Assembly (NCBI GenBank): GCA_030167865.1
Contig: JALAGF010004219.1
Location: 1-64,000 of the forward strand
Source: Craspedostauros australis
Lineage: Eukaryota
Length of the DNA: 64,000 nucleotides
Direction of reading: 5' to 3'
Position numbers and translations under genes: made by a program. Below the pieces are notes generated by a model, which saw only the letters and a list, made by a program, of their open reading frames with translations, did not search any database and was not told the DNA's origin. Shown here piece after piece: positions 22,076-34,741 of this stretch; the stretch's first letter is position 1; every line of letters starts with the position of its first letter.

Positions 22076-23592
22076 AGCAGCAGCTATGGCAAGAAGATGA
22101 TGGGTGCATACCACAACATGCAGTCGATGGAGGAGCAGGCACTTGCATTGTGCATGCATGCGCTGACGCTGTGTCAAGGATAATAGCACCAGCAGCCTTG
22201 CGGCAAAGGATATGCTAGGTCAGTCGATTGATTGATCGATCGGTAACCACACAAGAGAGGTTAAATTCTGTAAACTAGAGAGAGAGCATACAACTACATA
22301 ACGTAGGTACATCACGTGTCATGGTCGTACAACTACCGAGACTCACACCTCCACTCAAACAGAGAGAGAGAGAGACAATCGCATGATCCGGAATGCTCCA
22401 AAATCAGGAACGAGTGAAAGAACAAATCGATTGCATTGGTCGTAGATGAGTGAACGGATGATAACTCAAGTACCTTGGTGGTCGTACGCACTCGTGCGCA
22501 CGGACGAACGAACGAACGAGCACAGAACAATGCCCGATCATGGTTGGCGCTTCGGCCACGTTGACAAGACCGCCTCCTCCAAAACAAACGCAACCACAAC
22601 CACATCACCTCACCAAACACGCAGAACAGCGAGGGCATCGGAGGCGTGGCTGACATCAACGCCAACACCGTTGATGACTCGGTTGTGTCTTGTCGCTTGC
22701 CGTCACGACAAGAACGCGCCACACGACATTGGGGATGTAATCGTGACTGACATACAAGTACGACTGAGGGTTGCGCATTGTTCGTCCTGCGTGCGCTATC
22801 ACCAACGGAAAAAATGGGCTTCTGTCACTGTTGCGTGGACACGTCGCAGTGAGAGATTTTTGGCTCCTTCGACTGTTGTTTTCAAATTCAGAGGGAGCGC
22901 ATCTTCTTCCTCTTCCGTTCCCATTCGTTCGTGCGAGGTTGCTTGTTGCCTCTTGCGTTGTTCCGTCCCTCACCCCAACCACATCTCCTCTCTCTGTGTC
23001 GGTTTTGCATTTGATTCTTCTTCTGGAGGCATCCGATTCATTGCGCGCTCGCATTGTTCATCTCGCTCAGACCTGAGCTGGTTTGTTTGGTACAGCAGTA
23101 CACAACTGTTCCATTCCATTTAATTCTATTTCATCCGGTCGTGTACCAACAGCATCGACATCGACATCAACATAAACACCAAACGAAGTTGCATCCCATT
23201 GGTGATCATTGGAAGAGCATCTCTCTCTCTCTCTCTCTCTCTTGAAGAACAGACGAGAACCGGCACGCACACGTGATCAGATCAGATCATCTCATAGCAT
23301 TGCGGACTGCTGCACTGCTGCATTGGGTTGATTTGACGAACGGAAGTTGGCCGAAGATCCACGGACAACGGCTGCTAATCCAGTAACGGCAACATCAATC
23401 ATCGACTGGTGAACACGACATCCGATACAACACAATACTGTACAACACACTGCACACAACACGACAAGACAACACGACAACACGAACGAACACAGTACAC
23501 AGCAGAACAAAGGACGGAGCACCAAGCACAGCACAGCCGACGATACAACACAAGCAACACGACAGAGCACAACACAACACAACATCGCAACA

Positions 23593-25297
23593 ATGCCGCC
23601 GCGCCAACGATATCCAGTCCGACAGTCCTCATCATCGAGCGACGTGGTGGTGGAAGATCACAACTCAGTGATTCCACCAGCAACCCACGATCTGCAGAGA
23701 GCCAATCATGCAGACGACGACAAGTACAACAAGCCAGCTCCCAAGCCAGTTGCCGGGGTCTACACGGAAGCGGATCGAGCAAGGGATCGACACGATTACT
23801 TCAACTTGCTGGCATTGGTATGTCTCCTTGCAACCGAATCTCGTTGCTGTCGCGCTTCATTGGAGCAAGCGGAATGGAAGAATAGGTGGGATGTGTGCAA
23901 CTGTACAACTGTACAACTGTGCAACTGTGCAACTGTACTGGAATACTCCACTCCACATTCATTCTTCATCACTCCAATGTCAGGGTCACCGTTTCATCAA
24001 AGCATCCATCGTCATCATCGTCATCATCATCATCACCGATGTCGCCTCACATCCATTTTCTTCCTTCTGTTCTGTTGGTCGAATCATTCTTCTTTACTCT
24101 ACGTCTCTAACTTCCACTTCCATACCCACGACATACAAATGTGCATGCCGAACACAGCCGCTTGTGATTGGCACCATCTTGATCAACTACGATTACAGCC
24201 ACGTTCTCAGGCTAGAATCGCTTCAGATAAATTGGGTTGGGGAGTACTTCTGGTTGAATTGGTTTGTAAGTTGCTGCATTCACAGTCATCTCGTTCATGA
24301 GCACAATGCCTGGCGTTGCAATGTTCTTCTTTGCCTGGTGCGGGAGAAACACGCCAGCAACCGTGCGAGACCCTCCGTCAAATTGCACATTCCAAACTCA
24401 CAGCACCACCATCCACTATCTGCCACTCCATGGCACTCTCCGGTACAATGCATGCGCCCTCGCTCTTTGCACTCTGCACTCTGCACTCCTGGTGGTATGG
24501 ACAAAACCATGCATCCCCGAACAATAACGCCGAAACGACCAGACAACGAAGGCATACTTCTTCGCGGATCTCACTTGGGTCTCGCTCACTCCCATCTGCG
24601 TCAAGAGCCCCAATGTCATCATCAAGGTACGTACGCACCCGCGAAAAGCTGACCTGCAAAAAAAAAACAGCGACGATTCCCAAAGGCGATGGAGTCTACA
24701 GTATTTGAGATGCCATTGTTGCCTTCCCCCGATCCTGCTCTCTGTGAATTTCTCTCACGCTTCTCACCTCCCCCAATCCATTTCTCCTCCGTGTCTCATC
24801 TCGGCACCGCTGTGATACGATGCGATACCCTTCCTTTTTTACGTTCAATTCATGCGCAGCACCACATGGCAGCAATCCTGTACTTGATGGCGCCGCTCTT
24901 CTTCCCAGAATTCAACTGGTTCATTGGCGCGATTCTGTCAGTTGAAATCAACACGTGGTTTCTGATTCTGCGAAGGGTTGTGTACAAGCAGGGAGTCAAC
25001 GACAAGACCAAGCAAGCGCACCCCGTCATCGTCGAAATCGTGTCCTTCATGTTCTACACCACCTGGATACTCATCCGCTGCATCGTCTACCCGGCGGTGC
25101 TCGTCTGCTACCTCCAGATGGCGAAGGAGCGCATAGACCTCACGGGCAGCTGGATACACGTGCCCTTCATCTTCATCCCTGTCCATCTCATTCTCTGCTG
25201 CCTGAACCTCAAATGGACCTACGATCTCTTCAAGCCGCTGGTAAGAAGGTGGATCGGCAGCGGCCAAAAGTCAGTCGGGGTTCAGAATGGACTGTAG
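23593..25297 (+). CDS. TLC (TRAM/LAG1/CLN8)-domain multi-pass membrane protein; exons 23593-23817, 24158-24265, 24543-24626, 24860-25297
   Basis: Three phase-0 GT-AG introns give ARDRHDYFNLLAL|PLVIG...NWF|TTKAYFFADLTWVSLTPICVKSPNVIIK|HHMAAILY...SVEINTWFLILRR...FYTTWILIR...LNLKWTYDL. Collinear with the paralogue at 34742-36118. Confidence 0.8.
23894..23940. repeat. 8-nt tandem repeat (GT[GA]CAACT, about 5.5 copies) in intron 1 of the TLC gene
   Basis: gtgcaactgtacaactgtacaactgtgcaactgtgcaactgtactg. Confidence 0.8.
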
Positions 25298-26408
25298 GGC
25301 TATGAGAGCACACTGGCATAGCTACTCTACATCCTCTTCAGCACAGCGAAGCGAAGCAAAACGTGCCCGTCGGTGCGGCCACGGCTTCCAACCAATCCAG
25401 CACAAACGCAACTTCAGGAAGCAAGGCAAAGCAAGCCATGATGACATCGCTTCGTGACCAATCGTCTGCAGTCGTGGACAGACTATTGGCGCACAAAGCA
25501 GAAACAGCTTCTGGAGAACATGCAAACCGACGGGACAATGGGCTATTACTACTCGTACGAGCTACTCCGGAGTATGCAATTGTGACACGCATGCAGAGTG
25601 TAGAGCACCCAACATGATCTCAACGCAAACAGAGGCTTCAGCAATTCCATAATGCGACGCTGCAGAATATCCTCGTCCCCTACTATCTACACACTGCTCT
25701 TATTCCTATAACCAACAATGCGCAATATCTCTACATCCTTACATCAGTGTCCTCCTCTAGAGAGAGTACGAGCAGGATCGCATGGAAAGTCATTCAAAGT
25801 TCAGATTCGTTGTTCATGCACCAGACGGCAGATCTTGTGAATGACGGCGCACGGAGGAATCGAGGGTCGGGTAGCCTCTTCTTGACCGGTTTCATCACAA
25901 GACGCAAGTGCTCCACAAGAGAGGGAGGAGGACCGCCCCCAACGGAAACGTGTTGTGGTTCTGCCCACAGAGTGCGCGAACGAGGACCCGTTTTGCCCAT
26001 CATGGCCATGTGGCCAACCGCCTCCACTTCGCGCGGTCATCACGGTTCCTGTGCCTACACTCCAAACGGTGGATTCCATGCTATGGAACTAATAAAGTAC
26101 GATGGAATACAGGTCGACTCGCTCGACCAAATCTCGGTTGTCGCCATCTCGCCTGTCGGAGCGTCATTTTTTGTGCAGATCCACGCATGGATTGTGGGTG
26201 CGACATCAAGCGATCCATCAACCTGTTTGCGGAGGAGCCAAACAAGGAACAACAGACAGCGATGGCACAATTTCATGCACTCTGGGGCACTCGAAGTTGT
26301 TGACAGAAGAGGCGCGCTGCCATACTCGTACCATACTCATACCACACAGAGACCAAGGCATCAAGCCAGCGAGCACGCACGTAGACAGAAGAAGGAAGAG
26401 ATATCAGC

Positions 26409-28037
26409 ATGCCACGCGAGATCATCACTTTGCAGGTGGGCCAGTGTGGCAATCAGATCGGGGGTGAGTTCTGGAAGCAGTTATGCTTGGAACACGGGAT
26501 CACGCCGGAGGGAACTCTGCGAGATCCGTGGGAAACCTCGCATCAGCAACAGCAGCAGCATGGCAACGGTGGTCACAGCAGCCTGCACTCCAGCCAAGCG
26601 CAGGCGAGCGGGAACATTCCGCACAGCACCAGCTCGGCCTCGTCGTCGTGGAATCAACCGCAATCGCACGGACATCATCCCAGCCAGCCGCACCTTCACC
26701 AGGCAGGGTCGTCATCGACAACCAGGGGCCCGCTCGTGGATGATCGCAAGGACGTCTTCTTTTACCAATCCGATGACGATCGCTACATACCAAGGGCGTT
26801 GCTCATCGATCTGGAACCCCGCGTCGTCAACAAGCTGGCGCACAGCGGTCCGTACCGCAAGCTCTTCAACCCGGAGAACCTATTCGTCGCGCAGGAGGGA
26901 GGCGGCGCCGGCAACAACTGGGCCAGCGGCTTCGGGCAGGGTGAGGAGCACTACGAGTACGTTCTGGACATGATCGATCGCGAGAGCGACAACAGCGACT
27001 CGTTGGAGGGGTTCGTGCTGTGCCATTCCATCGCGGGAGGAACGGGAAGCGGCATGGGCTCCTACCTGCTGGAACGCCTCAACGACCATTTCCCAAAGAA
27101 GCTGGTGCAGACCTACTCCGTCTTCCCCAGCTGGACCGATCAATCGGACGTCGTCGTGCAACCCTACAACTCGCTGCTCACATTGAAGCGTCTCACGCTC
27201 AACGCCGACGCCGTGGTCGTACTGGACAACACAGCACTAAATCGCATTGCGACGGATCGGCTTCGGATAGAAAACCCGACCGTGGATCATCTCAATTCCC
27301 TGGTCGCCACCATCATGGCGGCATCCACAACGACCCTGAGGTATCCCGGCTACATGAATAACGATTGGACCGGCCTTCTGGCATCGCTGATCCCGACTCC
27401 ACGTTGTCACTTCCTCATGACAGGATACACTCCGTTGACGCTGGCGGGTGAGCAGTCAGTGTCTGCGCCTGGTGGCGGCGGCGGCGGTGGCGGCGAAACA
27501 GAGCAGGGCGTACGAAAGACCACAGTGCTGGATGTCATGCGACGTCTCACCCAGCCAAAGAACATCATGGTCTCGGCGAACACCAGATCCGGCAGCGGCT
27601 GTTATATCTCCATCCTCAACATCATCCAGGGCAACGACATCGACCCAACGCAAATCCACAAGGCGTTGCAACGTATTCGGGAAAAGCGGCACATGGAAAT
27701 CCCGTTCATTCCGTGGGGACCGGCGAGCATACAGGTCGCCCTGGCCCGCAAGTCACCGTACCTCCAAAACAGGCACAAGGTATCCGGTTTCATGCTGGCC
27801 AACCACACCTCGATGGCCGAACTCTTCGAGCGCTTGCTCAAGCAGTACGATCGCATCAAGAGCCGCAATGCCTTCCTGGATAACTACAGGCGGGAGGCCG
27901 TCTTTCAAGATTCGTTAGACGAGTTCGATGAATCACGCGAGGTCGTGCTGAATTTGATCGAAGAGTACAGAGCCTGCGAACGTCCCGACTACGTCCAGTT
28001 CGGCATGGCGCCGCCAGCACCACCTGGGGGGATGTGA
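26409..28037 (+). CDS. TUBG1: Gamma-tubulin with low-complexity loop insertions
   Basis: [103 protein letters not shown]. Confidence 0.97.
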   Translation: MPREIITLQVGQCGNQIGGEFWKQLCLEHGITPEGTLRDPWETSHQQQQQHGNGGHSSLHSSQAQASGNIPHSTSSASSSWNQPQSHGHHPSQPHLHQAGSSSTTRGPLVDDRKDVFFYQSDDDRYIPRALLIDLEPRVVNKLAHSGPYRKLFNPENLFVAQEGGGAGNNWASGFGQGEEHYEYVLDMIDRESDNSDSLEGFVLCHSIAGGTGSGMGSYLLERLNDHFPKKLVQTYSVFPSWTDQSDVVVQPYNSLLTLKRLTLNADAVVVLDNTALNRIATDRLRIENPTVDHLNSLVATIMAASTTTLRYPGYMNNDWTGLLASLIPTPRCHFLMTGYTPLTLAGEQSVSAPGGGGGGGGETEQGVRKTTVLDVMRRLTQPKNIMVSANTRSGSGCYISILNIIQGNDIDPTQIHKALQRIREKRHMEIPFIPWGPASIQVALARKSPYLQNRHKVSGFMLANHTSMAELFERLLKQYDRIKSRNAFLDNYRREAVFQDSLDEFDESREVVLNLIEEYRACERPDYVQFGMAPPAPPGGM

Positions 28038-28415
28038 TGGTGCACTCTACTCTACGCGCTATTCGGCTTCACTCCACTCTGCTCTAATCTATCGATATGT
28101 CATGGTGATGAACGTGATGTCCGTACAAGGCGAGTGGTACTAGTTTCAGTATGTATATACGGACGAAGAGCATTGTTGCATGTTTTCAGAGGACTAGATA
28201 GAGTACTCAGTTGGATGGGTGAATGGACAGTTTCGAAAGGAACGGAAGCAAAAGTATTGTAATCGTTGGGGTATTCAATACTATTATATCAAACACGAGC
28301 GTCATCCTTCTTGTCGGGTGTTCCGCTTTGCCTTTCTCTTCTGTTTCTGTTTCTTCTTGTTCTTACTCCTCTCATTGTAGCCAATTGCATGATTGGCTTT
28401 CCGCCTCATTCATGA

Positions 28416-31334
28416 TCAAACTCCGACCATACCCTTGTAGTACGCATGGCGTTCCACATTGACGGTTGACACCTCGGGCGTTGCTTTGCTCTTGGCCGCT
28501 GCAGTGGCATTGTTCTTCGCGAGTTTGGTCTCACTGATTCGAACTCTCCGACGTTGCGCTGCCGTCATTGTGGCCGCGTGATTGTTGCTGTTGCTGTTCC
28601 CATTTCGTGTCGTTGTCACACCTCCGCCAAACCACATCGATCGTTGCTTGCGTGGAGATGGTGGTCCTGCCACGACAGCGTTGGTCGTGTGCTTCGAGCT
28701 TGCTCTGGACTCGGTTGCGGTTCCTTGATCGCGTGCTCGGCTACGACTGCGACTTCGGCTCCTGTTGTTGCGGGCGAGGGATCGATCTTGTCGTTGCTGT
28801 GAGCGATCGTGCCGCTGCTTGTTTTCTTGTGGCACAAGCCGATGCATGTTACTGGATTGAGCTGTCGGGGTATTGTGCGGAAAGGATGTGTCGTGGGTTG
28901 TCACCGCTGCCGTTGTTCTTGTTAGAGGCGGCGGCGGTGGCGGTGTAGTGTGTTGCTGCATGCCTTGACGCCCAACGTTGCTGTTGTTGTTGTTGTTGTT
29001 ATTGTTGGTGGTGGTGGTGGGACGCCTTGCGTCCGGTTGCTGCTGTTGTTGCTGCATACCGTCCATGTTGCTGATGCCATCGTTACCGATGCCGACACTT
29101 GCGTTGTTGATGCCCATTTTCTGCTTCGCCTTGCGTTTGTTGACGGACTTGAGGATCGTCTCAGTGTCGGCTGCTACATCCAGAACGTCCCTGGCAGGGT
29201 TCCCGCAGAGCAATGTGCCACGTAAGTCTTTGGGTGTGAACAGACTGACGTTGTTGAGCCGGCGTTGAAAGTCCTCTCGCAGCACCTGCCGTTCGAACTC
29301 GGTGTTATCCACCATGCTGTTGGGTCCATCGCTGGAGGAGTCGGTTGCGGCGGTTACAGTTTGCTTCAGAATTGGCACGTCGGCAGTGGCACCACCATCG
29401 CCTTCAACTGGAACTGGAACAGTATCGCCGCCTCCGATCCCGTTCTCATTCTCATTACCATCAGCATCATCGCCCAAGCCTGATGAGGTGTCGTCGCCGT
29501 GCATCTGCACCAACCGTCCTCTCTCCTCCATCGTCTTGGTGGCTTGGTCTAGCATGGTGCGCGCCTCCTTGGCATACGAATGCGCCTTCTGCGCAAGACT
29601 CTCTCCCTCTACCGGATCATCGAGGATGACGTTCCTCGCCTCGTCTAGCAACTCACGTGCGGTAGCCTTGTACGATTCGCTCTTCTTCCTCAGCTTCTTC
29701 TCTTTCGCTTCCAGTAAGTCAGCCTTCGCCTTGTACTGCAACTGCGCGACATCCTTCTGAAGGCGACTGAGGAGATTGCGATACTGCAAGGGAAGCGCAC
29801 TGAAGTTCATTCCATTGTTGTTGGACACCCCGCCATTGGTGGCATCATTGTCGCCATCAATGTTACCATCGACATCGACATCGACGTTGACATTTCCTGT
29901 GCTTGTGTCGTTGGCAGGCGCGGCGCCATCATCAGACGTTGCGGTTCCACTGTCCGTTTCCTGTCGTTGTTGCTGTTGTTGCTGTTGTTGTTTCTGGTGA
30001 TGTTGCATCGCCGACTTGTCGCCCTTGCTCTCCTTATTTTTGTCCGTGGATTCTCCATCCTGAGACTGGCTCTTGCTGTTCTTCGAGCCTGACAATGTGT
30101 TTGATGTGTCCACGTTTTCATTCTGCCCATCTCTGCGCATCAGCCGTGAAAAGAACCCCCGTCTTGCCTTGCCGTTGTTGTTGCTGCCTGCTTGCGGCTC
30201 TGACGCTGCTCTACGAGTACTCTTGTTGCGATTGTTGTTGTTGTTCGCAACAACTCTTATGGCGCCCGCGTTCCTCAACCTGCTTGTGGAGGTCCTCGTC
30301 CTTCCCTGCTTCGCGGCATCATTCTTTGCTCCCTTCAAGGAAGCTTCTCTGTTCTCCCGTCTGGACTTGGAGTGGGCCCTCTGTCTTGATTTCGATCTGG
30401 ATCTAGACCTCGATCTGTTGCGGCGTCTTGCGACGGGCACCGCCTCGACTGAGGCCAGCACAGGATCCAGCTGCGATGTTGACGATTGGTTCGTTTCATC
30501 CTGATCTGTCCGTGTGTGATCTCTGCTCGATGACGGTGGTTCAAGGCCCAGCATGTACATCTGACCCGCGGTCTCTTGAATCTGCACGGTCTTGTGGTGG
30601 TGATGGGTGATGTCCTCGATGTGCAAGCTTGCAATCTCCTTGTCGATCAGTTCATCCTCCTGCTGCTTCTTCTGAAGTTGTCGCTGCGACAGTTTGGACG
30701 GCCGCTGAGGTTTCACCTCGTGCTTCTTGAAGTATCCCGTCGAGTTGTGAGGATGCAAGGCGTTTCCATGTCCCGCACGGTAATTTTCATCACGGAGAAC
30801 ATCCTTGGTTGTGCCGCAGTTGAAGCGGCTGCCTTGTTGCTGCTGCAGCTGCGCCCGTCGTTCTTCGTTTCGTGCCCATGTGCGGGAATTTACGAATGGT
30901 TTGTTGAATGGATCTCTGCAATCAATACCAGGGGCCAAATCCGCCGTGCCATCCGAAGGAGCAACGATGGCGGAGTGCATGGTCATCCCCATGTCGGGAA
31001 TGCCGGGCTGCGGAACTCCGCAGCTGAAGAGCTTCGCAAAGAGACTCCCCTGTCGATAATTGTTCATGGTTGTTGCGGTGGTCGGTTGCTGCCTGTTGCG
31101 GCGTTCCCGTGATACGCTCCGAAGTCGCCAGCCCAGCTTGTTCGGTGATCGGGATCTTGATCTCGCTCGTGTTCGTGTCCGCGTTCGTGGATGGGCCTCC
31201 ATGCCGTACTGCCTATCGGTCTGCTCCAACAGGGCCTCCTTCTCAGCCTCGTTGATTAGATTCGTCAGTCCCAAGATGTGATCTTCGTACTCTTTCGCCA
31301 TCGATTCCTGGTGCGGCTCTTGAGCGGGAACCAT
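28416..31334 (-). CDS. Uncharacterised low-complexity protein with RS tracts, polyQ/N and a central coiled coil
   Basis: 972-aa ATG-initiated ORF. Three RSRSRS tracts and a helical segment LLSRLQKDVAQLQYKAKADLLEAKEKKL...; no recognisable domain. Confidence 0.75.
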   Translation of the reverse strand: MVPAQEPHQESMAKEYEDHILGLTNLINEAEKEALLEQTDRQYGMEAHPRTRTRTRARSRSRSPNKLGWRLRSVSRERRNRQQPTTATTMNNYRQGSLFAKLFSCGVPQPGIPDMGMTMHSAIVAPSDGTADLAPGIDCRDPFNKPFVNSRTWARNEERRAQLQQQQGSRFNCGTTKDVLRDENYRAGHGNALHPHNSTGYFKKHEVKPQRPSKLSQRQLQKKQQEDELIDKEIASLHIEDITHHHHKTVQIQETAGQMYMLGLEPPSSSRDHTRTDQDETNQSSTSQLDPVLASVEAVPVARRRNRSRSRSRSKSRQRAHSKSRRENREASLKGAKNDAAKQGRTRTSTSRLRNAGAIRVVANNNNNRNKSTRRAASEPQAGSNNNGKARRGFFSRLMRRDGQNENVDTSNTLSGSKNSKSQSQDGESTDKNKESKGDKSAMQHHQKQQQQQQQQRQETDSGTATSDDGAAPANDTSTGNVNVDVDVDGNIDGDNDATNGGVSNNNGMNFSALPLQYRNLLSRLQKDVAQLQYKAKADLLEAKEKKLRKKSESYKATARELLDEARNVILDDPVEGESLAQKAHSYAKEARTMLDQATKTMEERGRLVQMHGDDTSSGLGDDADGNENENGIGGGDTVPVPVEGDGGATADVPILKQTVTAATDSSSDGPNSMVDNTEFERQVLREDFQRRLNNVSLFTPKDLRGTLLCGNPARDVLDVAADTETILKSVNKRKAKQKMGINNASVGIGNDGISNMDGMQQQQQQPDARRPTTTTNNNNNNNNSNVGRQGMQQHTTPPPPPPLTRTTAAVTTHDTSFPHNTPTAQSSNMHRLVPQENKQRHDRSQQRQDRSLARNNRSRSRSRSRARDQGTATESRASSKHTTNAVVAGPPSPRKQRSMWFGGGVTTTRNGNSNSNNHAATMTAAQRRRVRISETKLAKNNATAAAKSKATPEVSTVNVERHAYYKGMVGV

Positions 31335-31778
31335 GGCAGAAGATTCTGATCACTCCTGGGGGTAGCGAAGTTGCAGATTCTTGCAGCTTGTTTCCAATCT
31401 TCCACTCTGCGGTTGTGACGGCGCCGACCAACGCGTCTTCCTTGGCTTGGGTTGGCTTCACTGTCTTGCAGTTCCAGTCTTTCTCTTCGTGCCTCCTGCC
31501 TGATGATGCAGCGATGTTGCTTCTCCTCTTGTGCCTTGCCGTGATCAGAGTCTGCTTTTGAGTACGTCTTGGGACTTTGCCAATGCGCTCCCTTTCCTGG
31601 TGGCGCTGTTTGTGCAGCTCCAGGCTGCCAAATTGCAGATGGTGTCTGTGCAAAACCTTGATGGATGTGGGCAACGTCAATGTGCTTTCGTTGCTGTTGT
31701 TGATATTGATGATGAATGACTGTCTCGTTGATCTCGTTCTTCGTCTCAGGCCAAGAAGAAGAAGAAGAACAGGAACAG

Positions 31779-31806
31779 AATCAATCAATCAATCAATCAA
31801 TCAATC
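31779..31806. repeat. (AATC)n tetranucleotide microsatellite
   Basis: About 7 copies of aatc. Confidence 0.85.
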
Positions 31807-32426
31807 GGTTCTGGAGAGGAGAGATGGCGAGGAGAAGTGTTTCCCTTTTTTGCGCGGTATCGTACCGGAACGAAAATGTGACCTCTGCAGCGATTATATC
31901 TGTATTCAGATTTGTATACAACATTAAAGAAACCATGTCGAATCTTGGAACGTGTGACCCTACACGGACTGTGTCGGCGGAGGAAAGACCGTGTGTGAGA
32001 CGACGCTGCTCGCCAAATTGCCCAACACCAGACGACTCATGTGACCAAAAATGAATCAATCGTGCACGACCGTCCGTCTTCCGTAGACACGACTGTATGT
32101 TGAATCGAACGGTTCCATCATCTCACATTTCTGGCAACCAAACAAAAAAGCGGCAAAGAAGAAGTGGACAAACGAATGGAATTTGCGACGAAATCACACC
32201 ACCATCCCCATCAGCCGTCGCTCGTTGCCGCTTTCGCACCAAGGTCGATCATGGAAGAACATTGACAGGAGGCGGAGCCATCGACAGAGACATTGCACGA
32301 GTTGAGGGAAGAGACAGCGGCGACAAGCAAAGGAGACAAGTTGCATTCAAAGCTGTCAGGGGGTACCAAGCTACTGTTTATGTTGTACAAGTGACTCATC
32401 GCACGACATCAGCAGACGGAGACATC

Positions 32427-34187
32427 ATGGTTCAGCAAAAGCTCATTTCGTGCGTGACGACATCCCGGCCGTCGGCGTCGGTGACGGTGAATGGCGGCGG
32501 CGGATCGTTGTCTATTCTATCGCCAGATTCAACCACCATGCTTTCGTCTTTGCGGACGACCGCAGACATGAGCGGGAGGGCAGCCTTGGGGATGTCCAGC
32601 ATCTCCCTGTTTCCGGATACTTTCTCGACGCCGAACACACGTCTCGCGATGGCATACGGCGAGAACAGCGCGAGGGCCAATGACGCCTACGGCATGCTGC
32701 TCTCCGTCCGCACCGGATCCTCTCCACCCATCCTGCACTGGAAGTCGAGACTGCCGGAGGGCCAGCTTTCTGCCGGCCTCGTCGTCTCGCCATGCGGGTA
32801 TTACGTCGTCGGCGGTGGCCAATCCGGCAACTGCTACGTGTGGGCTTCGGTGGGTGGGAACCTCTTGAAGACCTTCAAGGCACATTACCGATCCTGCACC
32901 TGCTTGAGTTGGAGCGACTGCGGGAGGTATTTGATCACGGGAGGTGCCGATGGAATGGTCCATTTCTTCAGCTTGCTGGACATTGTTCGCAAGACGGTCA
33001 ACAACGCCAAGCGCAGCATCTCACCCATCCACAGCTGGTCCTGCCACACCATGAAGGTGAATCAGATCATCCCGCTGCAGAACGGGCGCATTCTTACGGC
33101 ATCCGATGATGGCCAGATGCTGATTCTGGAACTCTTCTCGCATTCCATAGTCGCGTCCTTGCAATTGCCGCACAGCATCCAATGCGTGGTGGAACACCAG
33201 AATCGAATATTCGCGGGCTCCTCAAAAGGCACGATCTACATCATCGATCTGGATTCGTACGCCGTCCACAAGACGGCACAGATGGGTGTGGCGAGCGCGA
33301 CGAAACGACGTCGTCGTGGTGAGGTTGACGCGCAGCCGGTGACATCTTCCAGGGATGTCTTCCAGCAAGGCGACGTCGCGGGTATCCGCAGTGATGGCGC
33401 CGGTAGCTCGAGCAACATCAACCCCCAATACCAGACCGAACTGACAGGGCACGAACGCCCAGTGTCGGCCATCGCTGTGGCGTCGATCGATCAGCAAGAT
33501 ATTCTGATCAGCGGCGATGAGTTTGGGACGATTCGCACTTGGGACATCGACTCCAGAGGCTCGCTTGCCATCCTACGTCCTTGGTCCAATGAAACCTCTA
33601 CCTCGGCCACCACACAAGCAAACACGAAAAAGAAGACCGTGTCGCACCCCATCACATCCATACTGGTGTTGCCGGAGCCGGACACGGCTGAGACCAGCAC
33701 ATTTGGATCCGGTGGCCATCGATCCAGCAACAGCAACACCATCGTACGTCTGATCAGTCCGCTGAAACGGTACGAGCAGGACGTGTCTGGAAACGAAGAT
33801 GACAAGTCGCTGACGGTTGTACCGTTCTTGGCCTGCAAGCGTGATGCACAAACGCTGAGGTATTGGGATGTGAATTATGAGCAGGATTGTGGCGATGATG
33901 ATGATGACGCGAACATGTACAAGTACGATCAGAAGGTCGTGTTTGGCGAGGATGCAACCGTGACGGATACGTTGGAAGGCACGGCGCAAGACGATGCGGC
34001 GATATATGAGGAGGCAGACGATGGCGAGGAGACCATGCAGTTGAGGGAGCAGGTGGGAGCGCAGAAGAAGGAGATGGAACGATTGCAGAAAGAGCTGGAG
34101 GCGCAGCGCTCGCAAGTGGAGCGATGGGAGACCGTGAATAACAAGCTGCTGGCACGTCTCAAGCGTGCAGAGGGCAAAGGAAAATGA
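32427..34187 (+). CDS. WDR18: WD40 protein, WDR18/Ipi3 (Rix1 complex, pre-rRNA processing)
   Basis: SPCGYYVVGGGQSGNCYVWASVGGNLLKTFKAHYRSCTCL.WS..G.YLITGGADG.V; GHERPV...LISGDEFGTIRTWD; C-terminal coiled coil ending WETVNNKL. Confidence 0.8.
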   Translation: MVQQKLISCVTTSRPSASVTVNGGGGSLSILSPDSTTMLSSLRTTADMSGRAALGMSSISLFPDTFSTPNTRLAMAYGENSARANDAYGMLLSVRTGSSPPILHWKSRLPEGQLSAGLVVSPCGYYVVGGGQSGNCYVWASVGGNLLKTFKAHYRSCTCLSWSDCGRYLITGGADGMVHFFSLLDIVRKTVNNAKRSISPIHSWSCHTMKVNQIIPLQNGRILTASDDGQMLILELFSHSIVASLQLPHSIQCVVEHQNRIFAGSSKGTIYIIDLDSYAVHKTAQMGVASATKRRRRGEVDAQPVTSSRDVFQQGDVAGIRSDGAGSSSNINPQYQTELTGHERPVSAIAVASIDQQDILISGDEFGTIRTWDIDSRGSLAILRPWSNETSTSATTQANTKKKTVSHPITSILVLPEPDTAETSTFGSGGHRSSNSNTIVRLISPLKRYEQDVSGNEDDKSLTVVPFLACKRDAQTLRYWDVNYEQDCGDDDDDANMYKYDQKVVFGEDATVTDTLEGTAQDDAAIYEEADDGEETMQLREQVGAQKKEMERLQKELEAQRSQVERWETVNNKLLARLKRAEGKGK

Positions 34188-34741
34188 GTGGCATGATCTG
34201 TGAGAATGGCTCTGAGTGGAAGACGGAGAGAGTGCAAGATGTAATGCACATGCCGCTTTGCATCTTCAATCTTTAGCTCTACCACGCTACTCTATGTGCT
34301 CTACTCGAATACGTTTGCTGACTTTATTGACATTGAGTGCGATTGCTCTGCTCCATCTTATAGTATTAGTACCATGCTCATACTCGTAGATTATGATGAT
34401 GCGTGGTTCTGCTGCTGCAGGTTATCTTGTTGTTAGAGAGCAGAATAGTGCTGTTATTCCAATTGTTTCTTGCGTTTGCTTCTTTCGAAGGAGGATCGGG
34501 GGTGATGCTGAGTTGTATTGAGCTGCGTTGGGTGAGTGAGTGGTGGCTGCACCCTCCGTGAATGCTAGGCGCTCTTCGAAGAGACATAGCATACGGTCAC
34601 TCTGCGTTTGGGGATGTGTCGCTGGCTCGCTTGTATCAGCGGTCGATGCGACCATGCTGCATGGATCTCGCTGATAGATTCTTGATTGGAATAGAGCACT
34701 CCATATTGTTTGGGTTTGTGGTTGCATTTGTGTTTGCGTGA

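Noticed and set aside
23894-23940. Short tandem repeats as a CRISPR array or telomeric repeat
   Set aside because: 8-nt units without spacers, located in introns of a eukaryotic gene; no cas genes and no telomere consensus.
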